From Pontimicrobium sp. IMCC45349 (GTDB lineage: Bacteria; Bacteroidota; Bacteroidia; Flavobacteriales; Flavobacteriaceae), in assembly GCF_047219225.1 (NCBI RefSeq), contig NZ_CP178208.1, positions 2,804,001-2,868,000 on the forward strand: DNA of 64,000 nucleotides, read 5' to 3'. Shown here piece by piece: positions 18,952-28,800 of the stretch (its first letter is position 1; each line of letters begins with the position of its first letter). The position numbers and the translations under genes were made by a program. The notes below the pieces were generated by a model, which was not told where the DNA came from, did no database searches, and worked only from the letters and a program-made list of their open reading frames with translations.

Positions 18952-19662
18952 ATGAATTATATAATAATTGATGATGAACCCGCTGCTATAGATGTTCTTG
19001 AGTTTCATCTTAGTAAGATTCCGTTTATGGAGTTAAAAGCAACATTCAGAGATCCTTTGGATGCTCTTGAGTATCTTCAAAAACACACTGTTGATCTTCT
19101 TTTTTTGGATATTAATATGCCAAAGATATCTGGAATTAAATTTCCTAAATTTTTAGAAAAAGCACCACTTATTATTTTTACAACAGCTTATTCAGAGTAT
19201 GCTTTAGAAAGTTATGAGCTTAAAGCGATAGATTATTTATTAAAACCAATTGGTTTTGAGCGGTTATTACAAGCAGTAATGAAAGCAAAAGAGGCTTTGA
19301 ATCAAAGTGCAGAAGGCGTAAGGTCAAACGCTGAAACTTCTCAAGAAAGACTTGAACAGACTGTTTTTATAAAAAGTGGTTCTGAGTTTCACCAACTATC
19401 CATTCAAGATATAAAATACATTGAAAGCGATGGTAATTATGTAACCTTCCATACAACCAAGCGTTCTATTTTAGCGCGTTATAAGATATCTGAAGTTATA
19501 GAGCTGTTACCTAAGCAGTTTTTTGCAAGAATTCATCGTTCCTTTATTGTAGCTATTAAACATATAGAAATAGTTAAAAAACATTGTGTTATTATAGATG
19601 AAATTGAAATTCCTATTAGTAGCAATTATAGAGATGATTTTTTAGCTATTATTCGCACATAA
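18952..19662 (+). CDS. LytTR-family response regulator
   Basis: REC domain (IIIDDEP..., LLFLDINMP) plus a C-terminal LytTR domain (FFARIHRSFIVAIKHI). It starts 8 nt after the kinase gene. Confidence 0.85.
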   Translation: MNYIIIDDEPAAIDVLEFHLSKIPFMELKATFRDPLDALEYLQKHTVDLLFLDINMPKISGIKFPKFLEKAPLIIFTTAYSEYALESYELKAIDYLLKPIGFERLLQAVMKAKEALNQSAEGVRSNAETSQERLEQTVFIKSGSEFHQLSIQDIKYIESDGNYVTFHTTKRSILARYKISEVIELLPKQFFARIHRSFIVAIKHIEIVKKHCVIIDEIEIPISSNYRDDFLAIIRT

Positions 19663-19686
19663 AGTTGTCTAGGAAAGACCTGTTAT

Positions 19687-20631
19687 TTATTGTAGCTTGT
19701 ACATAAGTTTAATATGTCTTTCTATTTCTGCATCAAAATCATTATAGAGTAATTTGTATTTATCTCCCAATACTGTTTTAACTTTTAGAATAGTATCATT
19801 AGGCTTTTTATTATTCTTATAATCAGATTGCACTTGTTTCCAGACATGAGATAACAAGTCTAAATCTCTAATTACTGAATTTACATTTGTAGTGTTACCA
19901 TGTCCTGTTAAAACATGTGTTGGATTTAATTTAACGATAAATTTAAGAGTATCTAGTAAATTAGGAATATTGCCATGATCAGTAATTACAGGCATCCAGT
20001 TAGAGCTTAATACGTCACCTCCAAAAATGATTTTTTGTTTAGGTAACCACATTAAAATATCACCTGGAGAATGCGCGTCATTAGAAAAGATAAGTTCTAC
20101 TTCTAAGTTGCCAAAATTGCGTTTTTCGTTTTTGCTAATTATTAAGTTTGGATAAGAAAGTTTTGTAGTACCAATAGTTCCATTGGTGACACGTTTGTAA
20201 AATGCAACATCATCTTCTCCATATTTTTCCATGGTTTTGAAGGTTTTGTCACTAGCAATTATTTCAATAGCTGTATCTGCAAAAGCAGCATTACCTAGCC
20301 AATGGTCAGCATGACTATGCGAATTAATAATCCAACGTACAGGTTTATTAGTAATCGATTGAATTGTTTTTTTTATTTGGTTACCTATTGTTTGAGATGA
20401 ACCAGAATCAAATAACAATACACCATCATTAGTGATTACAAAATGTACATTAGAGTTCCAACCTTTATTTTCTGGAGTTGGTAATCCAAATGAAGGTGAA
20501 ATAATACTGTAAATATTGTTAGTAATCTGTTTGACTTCAAACTCTATGGTAGTAGTATTTGCATTTACTATGTTATTACCAAAGATGCTAATGAGGCAAA
20601 ATGAGATTATTATGGCCTTAATTTTTTTCAT
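19687..20631 (-). CDS. secreted metallo-beta-lactamase-fold hydrolase
   Basis: Signal peptide and the H-x-H-x-D-H zinc motif (NSHSHADHWLGN). Confidence 0.7.
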   Translation of the reverse strand: MKKIKAIIISFCLISIFGNNIVNANTTTIEFEVKQITNNIYSIISPSFGLPTPENKGWNSNVHFVITNDGVLLFDSGSSQTIGNQIKKTIQSITNKPVRWIINSHSHADHWLGNAAFADTAIEIIASDKTFKTMEKYGEDDVAFYKRVTNGTIGTTKLSYPNLIISKNEKRNFGNLEVELIFSNDAHSPGDILMWLPKQKIIFGGDVLSSNWMPVITDHGNIPNLLDTLKFIVKLNPTHVLTGHGNTTNVNSVIRDLDLLSHVWKQVQSDYKNNKKPNDTILKVKTVLGDKYKLLYNDFDAEIERHIKLMYKLQ

Positions 20632-20754
20632 GATGAGGTGTTTTTTGATTGAATGTGCAATTATGACGATTCTTACAATAAAACGTTACTATAGAAATGT
20701 TAAATTATAGCGTATAATTATTTAGCTTTTAGTTAATGATTTTTTACTTGATTT

Positions 20755-20904
20755 GAGGAAGTTCGTTTAACGGTCTTGTATATGAAAAGTAGCGGATTTT
20801 ACACACTAACTTTTCGGAATATAACAGACTTTAAATTTATAAAATTCATTTTCGTTTAAGCACTAAAACAGCTATTTTTTATATACGTTGTTGTGTTTTC
20901 GTAC
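20755..20904. repeat. B-type cassette-flanking element, copy B2 (3' flank of the R-M cassette)
   Basis: It starts GAGGAAGTTCGTTTAACGGTCTTGTATATGAAAAGTAG..., homologous to B1 over ~150 nt. The inner end (atatacgttgttgtgttttcgtac) is the inverted partner of gtatgaaacacaacgtattta at 24106. Confidence 0.8.
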
Positions 20905-21013
20905 TTTATTTTTCCATTCTGCTGATAGCGTTGGCAAAGCCATACTCTTTTGCAATTTTTGGTGTAGCTGTGGATGAAGCGAATTGCAAATGTGTATGGC
21001 TTTTAGCGTTGGC

Positions 21014-22405
21014 TTATTTCAGATATATTTCGTCTTTCACATAACTTGCGTTTAGCCAAAAACAATGTTTTGTATATTCAGTCAAACCTGTTAATTTATC
21101 TACTACAGGTAATTCATAAGTATCTGCTGCATTTCTCGCGTGTGGTCTAACGTGACTAATTCTGTTTTCAGTTTTCTTTGGGAAATAAGTTTTTCTCACA
21201 CCTTTTTCAGTTACTTCTTTTACGATTTCTCCACTTTTAACTGTCTTTACCATTTCTTGCCAAACATTTTTGGCTTCAACAATATCAGAGTAGGGCATAT
21301 TCCAAAATTTCACTTTTCTTAAAATCAAATTTTCTCCCTCAAATTGATAAAAGACGAAGAAAAATTTACTTTCCAAAATGTTCTTAAAATCTGAATCTTC
21401 CCAATCTGTTTCAACAAGTTCTAGATATTCAAATGTAGGAAACGAAATATCTTCTTTTGGTAAATCATTTTCTTTAAGTCGAATAGTTTTGACTTGAATA
21501 TCTGCTTTTTCAAATTCCTCTATCTTTTGACCGAGTTCAAGTCCAAGAATAGCATTTGTAAGATTTGCAAAATAACTTTTAGCTTTCTGGTTTAATTCTA
21601 AACCCAATTCTTGTTCAATTTGTTCAGCGGATTTTCCATAAAATGGGTGGAATTTTAGAATTACTATTTCTTCTATTGAACGTACTTTTTCTAAAATTTC
21701 TGGCTGCTCAATTATTTTTCCATAAACAGCTGTTTCTTCTTGAGCAATATTTGCGATTATATGATTGACATAACCTTGTTTTAAAGAATATGCTCTTTGT
21801 TTTGCTTTTTCATTATTAAATGGCTGGTCTCTATATGATTTTAGAGCTGTTGAGCCTTTTGTACAAGCTCCAAGATAAAATGTATCTCCTTCTGATAATT
21901 CGTGAGCTTTTCCGTCTTTTATTTTTTGATTGATAAATTCCCAATCTTGCTTAATAATTTTTAAATCTTCGTTCGGATATTGCCAACCGTCAACTAACTT
22001 TATTATGTAGTCAAGTAAATTTAAATCTCTGTCGTGTAGATAGAATACTAAAAGTAAATGGGCATTTTTCTTCCAAAATGAACTAGTTTCAAACTCTTCT
22101 TTGTGAACTTCTAAATAATTAATGATATTTAAAACAAGTCTTTCTTTTGAACGATATTCTCCATTTTTTAAAGTTTTTAATGGACTTGATTTTAGTTCAA
22201 TTCCTGCTTCTTTAAAATCAGGTTCTGCATCAGAATTTGGTTCGTAACCAAAATAGAATTTTTCTAAAATCTGACCGAAATTTCCCTTTCCTTTATAACC
22301 GTGTTTTTCAATTTCAACTCCACAAGCTTGTCTTAAAGTTTGGTTTTTAAGTTGTTTTGCAAATTCTATTATTGAATCTGCCGAAGTTATATCAAGCATA
22401 TTCAA
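21014..22405 (-). CDS. type II restriction endonuclease, MutH/Sau3AI family
   Basis: The N-terminal block GKGNFGQILEKFYFGYEPNSDAEPDFKEAGIELKSSPL matches the MutH/Sau3AI catalytic signature D-x6-E-x-K. 463 aa. It overlaps the upstream C5-methyltransferase gene by 14 nt. Confidence 0.7.
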   Translation of the reverse strand: MNMLDITSADSIIEFAKQLKNQTLRQACGVEIEKHGYKGKGNFGQILEKFYFGYEPNSDAEPDFKEAGIELKSSPLKTLKNGEYRSKERLVLNIINYLEVHKEEFETSSFWKKNAHLLLVFYLHDRDLNLLDYIIKLVDGWQYPNEDLKIIKQDWEFINQKIKDGKAHELSEGDTFYLGACTKGSTALKSYRDQPFNNEKAKQRAYSLKQGYVNHIIANIAQEETAVYGKIIEQPEILEKVRSIEEIVILKFHPFYGKSAEQIEQELGLELNQKAKSYFANLTNAILGLELGQKIEEFEKADIQVKTIRLKENDLPKEDISFPTFEYLELVETDWEDSDFKNILESKFFFVFYQFEGENLILRKVKFWNMPYSDIVEAKNVWQEMVKTVKSGEIVKEVTEKGVRKTYFPKKTENRISHVRPHARNAADTYELPVVDKLTGLTEYTKHCFWLNASYVKDEIYLK

Positions 22406-23639
22406 ATTGGTTTATCTGTTTATAAAGTTCTACTCCAATTTTTTCAATTATGCCTACAACTAATGCATTTCCCATAAAAAAGGCTCGTTTAGTGTCTGTA
22501 ATTCCTTCCAATTTGGTGTGATTATCTGGAAACATATTTAATCTCTCTAATTCAATTGGTGTCAATCTTCTTAAACCTCTATCAGAAACAACTACGTGTT
22601 TAAACCTTGAAGGTGATTTTCCACCTTCTCCTGTTATTATTGTTCTAGAAGCATTATCTAGAGCGTCAGGATAAATCATTCCGCCTTCACTATAATTGTA
22701 TTCAAAACCTTCTTTTGTTTTTCTTTTTTCTTTTTTAGCACCTTTTAAATATTCCCATTTTGGTTTGTCGTTTTCATCAATGAAAAATTCAGGTGTTACT
22801 TCTCCGTTTTGTAGAACATCTGCTAAAACAGTTTTTTGCCCATCGTAATTTGGCTCTGTTTTAGTTGTGAAAACTTTATCATTAATTAATAAGCCTGTAT
22901 TTTGAAAAGGCGATAGCTTTCCATTCTTATTGAAATTGTCTGTTATTTCTACTAAATCTCCTTTTAATTCAACTTCTTGAATTGCATTTGTTTTTGCAAC
23001 AGGAAAAGCATTTGCTATTGTTCCTTCTTCTATTAACCAATTTGTTTTATTAGATTTTTTAAGTCTTTTGTAAACGTCAGTTGATTTGTGATAACCTATA
23101 AAGAAAACTCTACGTCTTCTTTGTGGCATTCCATATTCAGCTGCATTTATAACTCGCCATTCTACTGCATAACCTAAATCATTTAAACTTTGTAACATAA
23201 CAGCAAAATCACGACCTCTTTGTTTTGCTGGGGATTTTAAAAGTCTATCAACATTTTCTAAAAAAAGATATTTCGGCTTGTTCTTTTTGTTCTCTAAAAT
23301 TTTATGAATTGACCACCAAAGAACACCTTTTTTACCTTTTAAACCTTTTGAATTATGCAATGTAGTTGCAACAGAATAATCTTGACAAGGAAAACCTCCA
23401 ACTAATAAATCGTGATCTGGAATTTCTTCTACATTTCTTGTTACTACTTCGTTTATATCTTCGTTAGAATGATTTTCATTTCCAAAACGAGCTTCATAAA
23501 CCATTGATGCGTGTTGCGTTTTGGTTGACGGTTCCCATTGATTACTCCAAACAACTTCGTAATTGCTTTTTTCAAGTCCAAGACGAAATCCTCCAACTCC
23601 TGCAAATAATTCTGCAACTCTCATTTTCTTATTTTCCAT
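22392..23639 (-). CDS. DNA (cytosine-5)-methyltransferase
   Basis: Motif I (ELFAGVGGFRLGL), motif IV (GGFPCQDYS) and motif VI (ENV) of C5 methyltransferases. 415 aa. Confidence 0.85.
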   Translation of the reverse strand: MENKKMRVAELFAGVGGFRLGLEKSNYEVVWSNQWEPSTKTQHASMVYEARFGNENHSNEDINEVVTRNVEEIPDHDLLVGGFPCQDYSVATTLHNSKGLKGKKGVLWWSIHKILENKKNKPKYLFLENVDRLLKSPAKQRGRDFAVMLQSLNDLGYAVEWRVINAAEYGMPQRRRRVFFIGYHKSTDVYKRLKKSNKTNWLIEEGTIANAFPVAKTNAIQEVELKGDLVEITDNFNKNGKLSPFQNTGLLINDKVFTTKTEPNYDGQKTVLADVLQNGEVTPEFFIDENDKPKWEYLKGAKKEKRKTKEGFEYNYSEGGMIYPDALDNASRTIITGEGGKSPSRFKHVVVSDRGLRRLTPIELERLNMFPDNHTKLEGITDTKRAFFMGNALVVGIIEKIGVELYKQINQFEYA

Positions 23640-23937
23640 TTTCTTGAGCTTTATAATAGTTAATTTTTTCTTCTGCTACTTTTAATATTTCGGAAGTCGA
23701 TTCCGTGTATTTTAGTTCGTCTGCAATTTTTTCCGAATACCAATTTATGATAAGTTCGTTTTCGGGAAGTTCGTAAAACTTTGCAAGTCTTACGATTTGT
23801 TCCATTGTCGGTTTTCTTTCGTTTTTCTCGAATTTGCTAATCAGAGATTGATCAATATCTACTTCAGCTGCAACTTTTCGAAGTATCAATTCTTTTTCCT
23901 CTCTGGCACATTTTAAAGTGTCGCCTAATGTTTTCAT
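23629..23937 (-). CDS. XRE-family HTH transcriptional regulator, probable controller (C) protein of the R-M operon
   Basis: A 102-aa helix-turn-helix protein (LRKVAAEVDIDQSLISKFEKNERKPTMEQIVRLAKFY). It is the first gene of the C-M-R operon and overlaps the methyltransferase start by 11 nt. Confidence 0.65.
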   Translation of the reverse strand: MKTLGDTLKCAREEKELILRKVAAEVDIDQSLISKFEKNERKPTMEQIVRLAKFYELPENELIINWYSEKIADELKYTESTSEILKVAEEKINYYKAQENGK

Positions 23938-24105
23938 TGGTTAAAATTGTTTTAGACAAATATTGTCCAAATTTATAAAAACATTTTGGATTTCCAACTT
24001 TTAATTCGGATTATTTCGAGCGTTGGGAAATTTTAGCTCTTTTGGTTTTTAGAGCATTGGAAATTAGCGTTGGCAAAAACCAAAAGTGCTAAAATATGCG
24101 GCTGG

Positions 24106-24222
24106 TAGTATGAAACACAACGTATTTATATAAACACGTTTTAATGGTTTATATAAAAGTGTTAAACGAAGTTAGCATTTTTGAGCTTAAAAATCAATAC
24201 GTAGAAATACGTAATTTGAGTA
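24106..24222. repeat. A-type cassette-flanking element, copy A2 (5' flank of the R-M cassette)
   Basis: Near-identical to A1 and A3 (GTATTTATATAAACACGTTTTAATGGTTTATATAAAAGTGTTAAACGAAGTTAGC...AATCAATACGTAGAAATACGTAATTT). Confidence 0.85.
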
Positions 24223-24229
24223 TTTATGG

Positions 24230-24961
24230 TTATAGTTTTATTGTGATTTTTTCGCCTTGTTCAGTCATAGGTTGAATAGAGTCTATATTGCTCCATTTTT
24301 TATTAGCACTAGGTATTTGTTCAGGATATAAGTGGTATACACCAAGCATTTTTGAATCAATTTCAATTTCTTGTTCTTTTGCATTTAGTAAAATCCAATA
24401 AGGCACAAAAGCCCAGTCCATATTTTTAATTTTTCCAATTGTTTCTGGATTGGTTGTATCTCCAGATAAATAAATTCTTTTTCCGTGCCAAGTTATGAGG
24501 TAAGAATAATGCCTAAAAGAAATTCCAAAAACTTTATGTGTAGTTTTAAATGCTTTAATTTCAAAGTTATCTAAAGAGTTGTTTAGGTTTTCTAATTCAG
24601 ATATGTTTGATACACCATATTTTTGTCCACCTTTTTCTTTTAAAATTTTGTTTAGGTGTTTTTTAGAATAATGGTCGGAATGTTTATGTGTAAAAATAAA
24701 GATTGAATTGTGCTTAATACTATCAAGTTCTGTACTATCAAATTCCATGTAACCATGCGCTCCAGATTTATATGGAAAATCTGTGTATATATGAGTTGTA
24801 CCATCAGTTATATATAAGCCACAGTTTCCCAAGAATTTGATATTAATTTCTTTGGATTGACTATGTGTAAAGCTAGAAACGAAAATTAAAATTATAGTTG
24901 TAAAATGTGTTTTTCCTGTCTTGAAAATAGGCATAATTTGAGTGTTTGAATTATTTATCAA
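24230..24961 (-). CDS. secreted metallo-beta-lactamase-fold hydrolase
   Basis: Signal-like N-terminus and an H-x-H-x-D-H motif (FTHKHSDHYS). Confidence 0.65.
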   Translation of the reverse strand: MINNSNTQIMPIFKTGKTHFTTIILIFVSSFTHSQSKEINIKFLGNCGLYITDGTTHIYTDFPYKSGAHGYMEFDSTELDSIKHNSIFIFTHKHSDHYSKKHLNKILKEKGGQKYGVSNISELENLNNSLDNFEIKAFKTTHKVFGISFRHYSYLITWHGKRIYLSGDTTNPETIGKIKNMDWAFVPYWILLNAKEQEIEIDSKMLGVYHLYPEQIPSANKKWSNIDSIQPMTEQGEKITIKL

Positions 24962-25039
24962 ATTAAAGCACTAATCAATTGTGGTTTGAATAAAAGTGAC
25001 GAAACAAGCTTAATTTTGACAAATGAATACGCTAAATAA

Positions 25040-25843
25040 TCACGCTTCATTTAAACTGCTTTTAATTTTAGTATAGTATGTTTTTGAAAGTGGGATAGTG
25101 TTTTCAAAATCTTTGAAACATATTTTCGCATTTTGAGAATTGCCCTTAACTTCTTTAACGTTTTCCATGTTTAAAAGATAAGAGCGATGACACTTTACTA
25201 AAAAAGGTAATTGTTGATTTGTTTTTAAAAGCGTTTGTCTAAAGGTTTTAGATGTTACAGTATTGTTATCACTTACAAAAAAAATATCAATATAGTTTTC
25301 TACTGCTTTTATATAGAGTAGGTCCTTTCTATTAAGCTTTAATGTTTCATTCTTATTTTCACCAGTTATAATTACTGTGTTTTTTGGAAGTGGGATAATT
25401 AGTTCCCCAAACTTATTGCGTAAAAAGACTACTAAAGGTGAAAAAATTGGAATAAATACTAAAACGATGTGTTGTAGGTAAAGGAAATATGTTTTTATAG
25501 AATAGCTTTCACCATTTATAAAGCGATGATTATATAGATAGATTATAGTTCCAGAAATTGTAAAAAAGATTATTGTAGAAATAATTTCGTTACCGACAGT
25601 CCAAATTTTATTAGAACTATTATATAAAATGTTCTCTAAACTACTTTGTATAAAAAAGGTTGAAAAAAAGAGTATCCCAAAACCTGATAAAATCAAGTTT
25701 TTATAGTTAGATTCATAGTTGTTGGTATCAAAAGGCTGAAGAAATATTATAATAAACGCCAATATGCACCCTAAAATAAAACCAACTAATAATTTATCTT
25801 TTAAGGATGCTATAAAAGGTATTTGTTTATTAAGAAAAGTCAA
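25040..25843 (-). CDS. membrane-anchored LytTR DNA-binding domain protein (no receiver domain)
   Basis: Four or more N-terminal hydrophobic helices followed by a LytTR-type C-terminus (FLVKCHRSYLLNMENVKEVKG). 267 aa. Confidence 0.65.
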   Translation of the reverse strand: MTFLNKQIPFIASLKDKLLVGFILGCILAFIIIFLQPFDTNNYESNYKNLILSGFGILFFSTFFIQSSLENILYNSSNKIWTVGNEIISTIIFFTISGTIIYLYNHRFINGESYSIKTYFLYLQHIVLVFIPIFSPLVVFLRNKFGELIIPLPKNTVIITGENKNETLKLNRKDLLYIKAVENYIDIFFVSDNNTVTSKTFRQTLLKTNQQLPFLVKCHRSYLLNMENVKEVKGNSQNAKICFKDFENTIPLSKTYYTKIKSSLNEA

Positions 25844-25874
25844 TTTTATGGTCTTCAGTTTTTGTTTGTATAAT

Positions 25875-28800
25875 CTAAGACTTTTTATTTAAACCACTTT
25901 TAAGCACATCTTGAATGCCTTCTAAATGCTCACTAAACTGCATCATTTGTGCTAAAATTTGCGTCATGCCATTTTGATTACCAAAGCCTTTTAATTTGTT
26001 GTTTTTTATAAAGGTTGCTTTAATGGATTCCCAACGTTCTAACTCGTTAGCATCTATAGTCTCTGCAAGCTCTTTATACTTCAATAAATTGGCTTCGGCT
26101 GCACTAGTTAATGTTTGCGATTCGTTTTCGTAATGCGATAATAAAAGTATTTGTAGTTCTTTGTTATTCATAATTGGAACCACCTTAGCTACCAATTTAT
26201 TCATATCACGATACGACCCTTGTAACTTAAAGGATGGCTCAATACGATAATTATCGTCCATAGCAGCCGATTTAATATAGGTTTCATTAACCTTTAATAC
26301 TGTGTTACGTATGGTTACCACTTTATCTAAAACGGCTAAATAATCTTCAACTTCTTGTTTGGTATGGTTGCCTTTTAGTTCTAAATTTTCACGATTTCCA
26401 GACTCTACAGTTTCAATTAGTTGGTAAATATCCTCAAAGTATTTACTGCTTAATTGGTGTAAAATAGGGTTGGAGGTTAGTGCATTTTCAATTAAACTTA
26501 ATTTAAATAAATCGGCTGTATCTCCAATAATATCACCTAAATTATAGATGTCTGCACGATTGGCAAGCATGTCTGGAATTTGAAACTTTTCACCACTTTC
26601 GGTATAAGGATTTCCAGCCATAATCACACAAAATTTCTTACTACGTAAATCGTAAGTTTTTGGTTTACCATTATACACACCTTCTATTTTACGTGTACCA
26701 TCGGCAAGCGAAATAAATTTTTGTAAAAACTCAGGATTACAGTGTTGTATATCGTCTAAGTACAACATAACATTGTTACCCATTTCAAATGCAAGATTAA
26801 GCTTATTAAGTTCTTCTCTTGCTGCCGAATTGTTTGCAGTTAAAGGGTCTACAGAAGTAACTTCATGACCAATGGCTGGACCGTTTATTTTCATAAAGAT
26901 TAAGCCTAATCGGTTAGCCATATATTCCATTAAGGTTGTTTTACCATAACCAGGAGGCGAAATTAATAGAAGCATTCCCATTCTATCAGTACGTTTGTTA
27001 TCACCAACGCTACCTAATTGTTTGGCTAAATTATCACCAAATAATGGTAAGTATACCTTATCAATAAGTTTGTTTCTAACAAAAGACGATAGAACTCTAG
27101 GTTTAAACTCTTCTAGTTTTAAACTGTCTTTAAGTGTTTCTGTTACCGAATGTTTAGCAGTTCTAAAAGCATTATAAGCAGGAACTTCTACAGTTTGAAA
27201 TGTTTGTAGTTGCTGAGTGAAATCATGATAGTTAAAGTTAAAACTACCTTCTTGAATGCACTCATGTGTTCCTTTTAAATTTTGAATAACTGCGTCTGGA
27301 TTTACTTGAATTATATTAGAAGTAGCTTCGCTTTTAAAAAGTATTAAGGCTGCAATTTCATATATATAATCCGTTTTTTGTGGTGCATGTAGTTTGATAA
27401 ATGAACTTACCCATTGTACAACTAACTCAACAGCTGCTTGCGAAATTACCTGTTCGTTTAGCGCTGTTTTTACAGAATTATTAAAAGTGATTAAAGCGTT
27501 TTTGTTTTCAAGCGTTTTTGTGAATTGATCGTGTAGCTCTTGAGCTGTTTTGCTAATACAAAAAGTGTTGTCGCTTTGTAATTCTTCAAACAAATAGGAA
27601 GCTGTTTCAAGCTCTAGTGTTTGATTACTTTTAATATAGTGTTTAGATAAGCTGTCGTAAACGGTAGACTGCTTTAACTCATGACTTAAAGCCTCTAAAA
27701 TTACTTTATATTCATTGCTCTCTGGGAATGTAGAAAGTACTTCTCCAGAAGCTTTTATTTTTTGATTCCAATGCGCTTTATTTTCTGAATTCAAATTATA
27801 CCAGAAAAACTGACCAAATGCACGTACAAGTGGTGTATAGCGAAGTAGCCCTAAATTATGATGCTTGTTAATTAAAACTTGTAAAATTTGAGCTGCATCC
27901 TCATCATGAACACCTTTTATATAACCTTCGGAATAGTTTTTACTACTTTCATTTTTTATAAGTTGAAGTAATGCAGTTTCGTCTAGCGAATTTAAATTTT
28001 GAGATGCGTTTGTAAATAGTTTATAAGCTAAGTATGCAGCTCTATAAATTGTTTTATTTTCGGAAACTAATTCTTGATTCCAATATTTTTGAGAGGATAA
28101 TAGTGTTGTGTCCTCAATAGTTTGATAAAAATCGGTTCCAGTTAAATGGTATTTTAAAGTATCATCTTTAAAAACAATAGTAAGATCTAGAGGTTGTTTA
28201 TTAACTCCAAATTTGTGTTTTCCAAGACGAATAATAGTTTCGCCATCTTCATATAAATCTTGTGTGTCTTTTAGTTTTCTTATGGCATCTTCTTTAGCAA
28301 CTTTAAGACCAGTTTCAATTGCTTCTGCTTTTCCAACATCCTCTAAATCTTTTAAATTCTCGATAATGTCTCGCAGTTTATTAATCATCAAGTCAGAAGC
28401 GAAATAGCCATTAATTTCAGTAGTAGTTTTAAAGTTAAGTGCTTTTTTAGCAACACCTTTTAAAATTCTATTAGCTGCAGTTTCAAGGCTTATAGCTTTT
28501 TTATTTCTAGCTTCAATAAGACCATTTTTACGCGCTTCGAATGCGTTGTAAACTTCCTCACGTTTTTCAATAATAAGAGAAATAAAATCTTCAAAATCGG
28601 CAAAGCGACCTTCTAAATCTTCTAATTGTATAGAAACTTTGTTTAGAAGTTCATCTGTTTTTTCAGGTGTATTAGCAATGTCTAAATAGTTGATAATACT
28701 TTGGTCAACTAACTTAAGTTGTGCTGCAAATTCGGCAGAAGCTTCTTTTTCTCCTAGCGATTTTAGTTTGTTTTTTAAGCCTGCTTTTAACTGATTGATA

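Noticed and set aside
21014-22405. GATC avoidance as independent support for a GATC-specific R-M system
   Set aside because: GATC occurs at unremarkable frequency across the window, so no depletion signal is available. Specificity remains an inference from the MutH/Sau3AI fold only.
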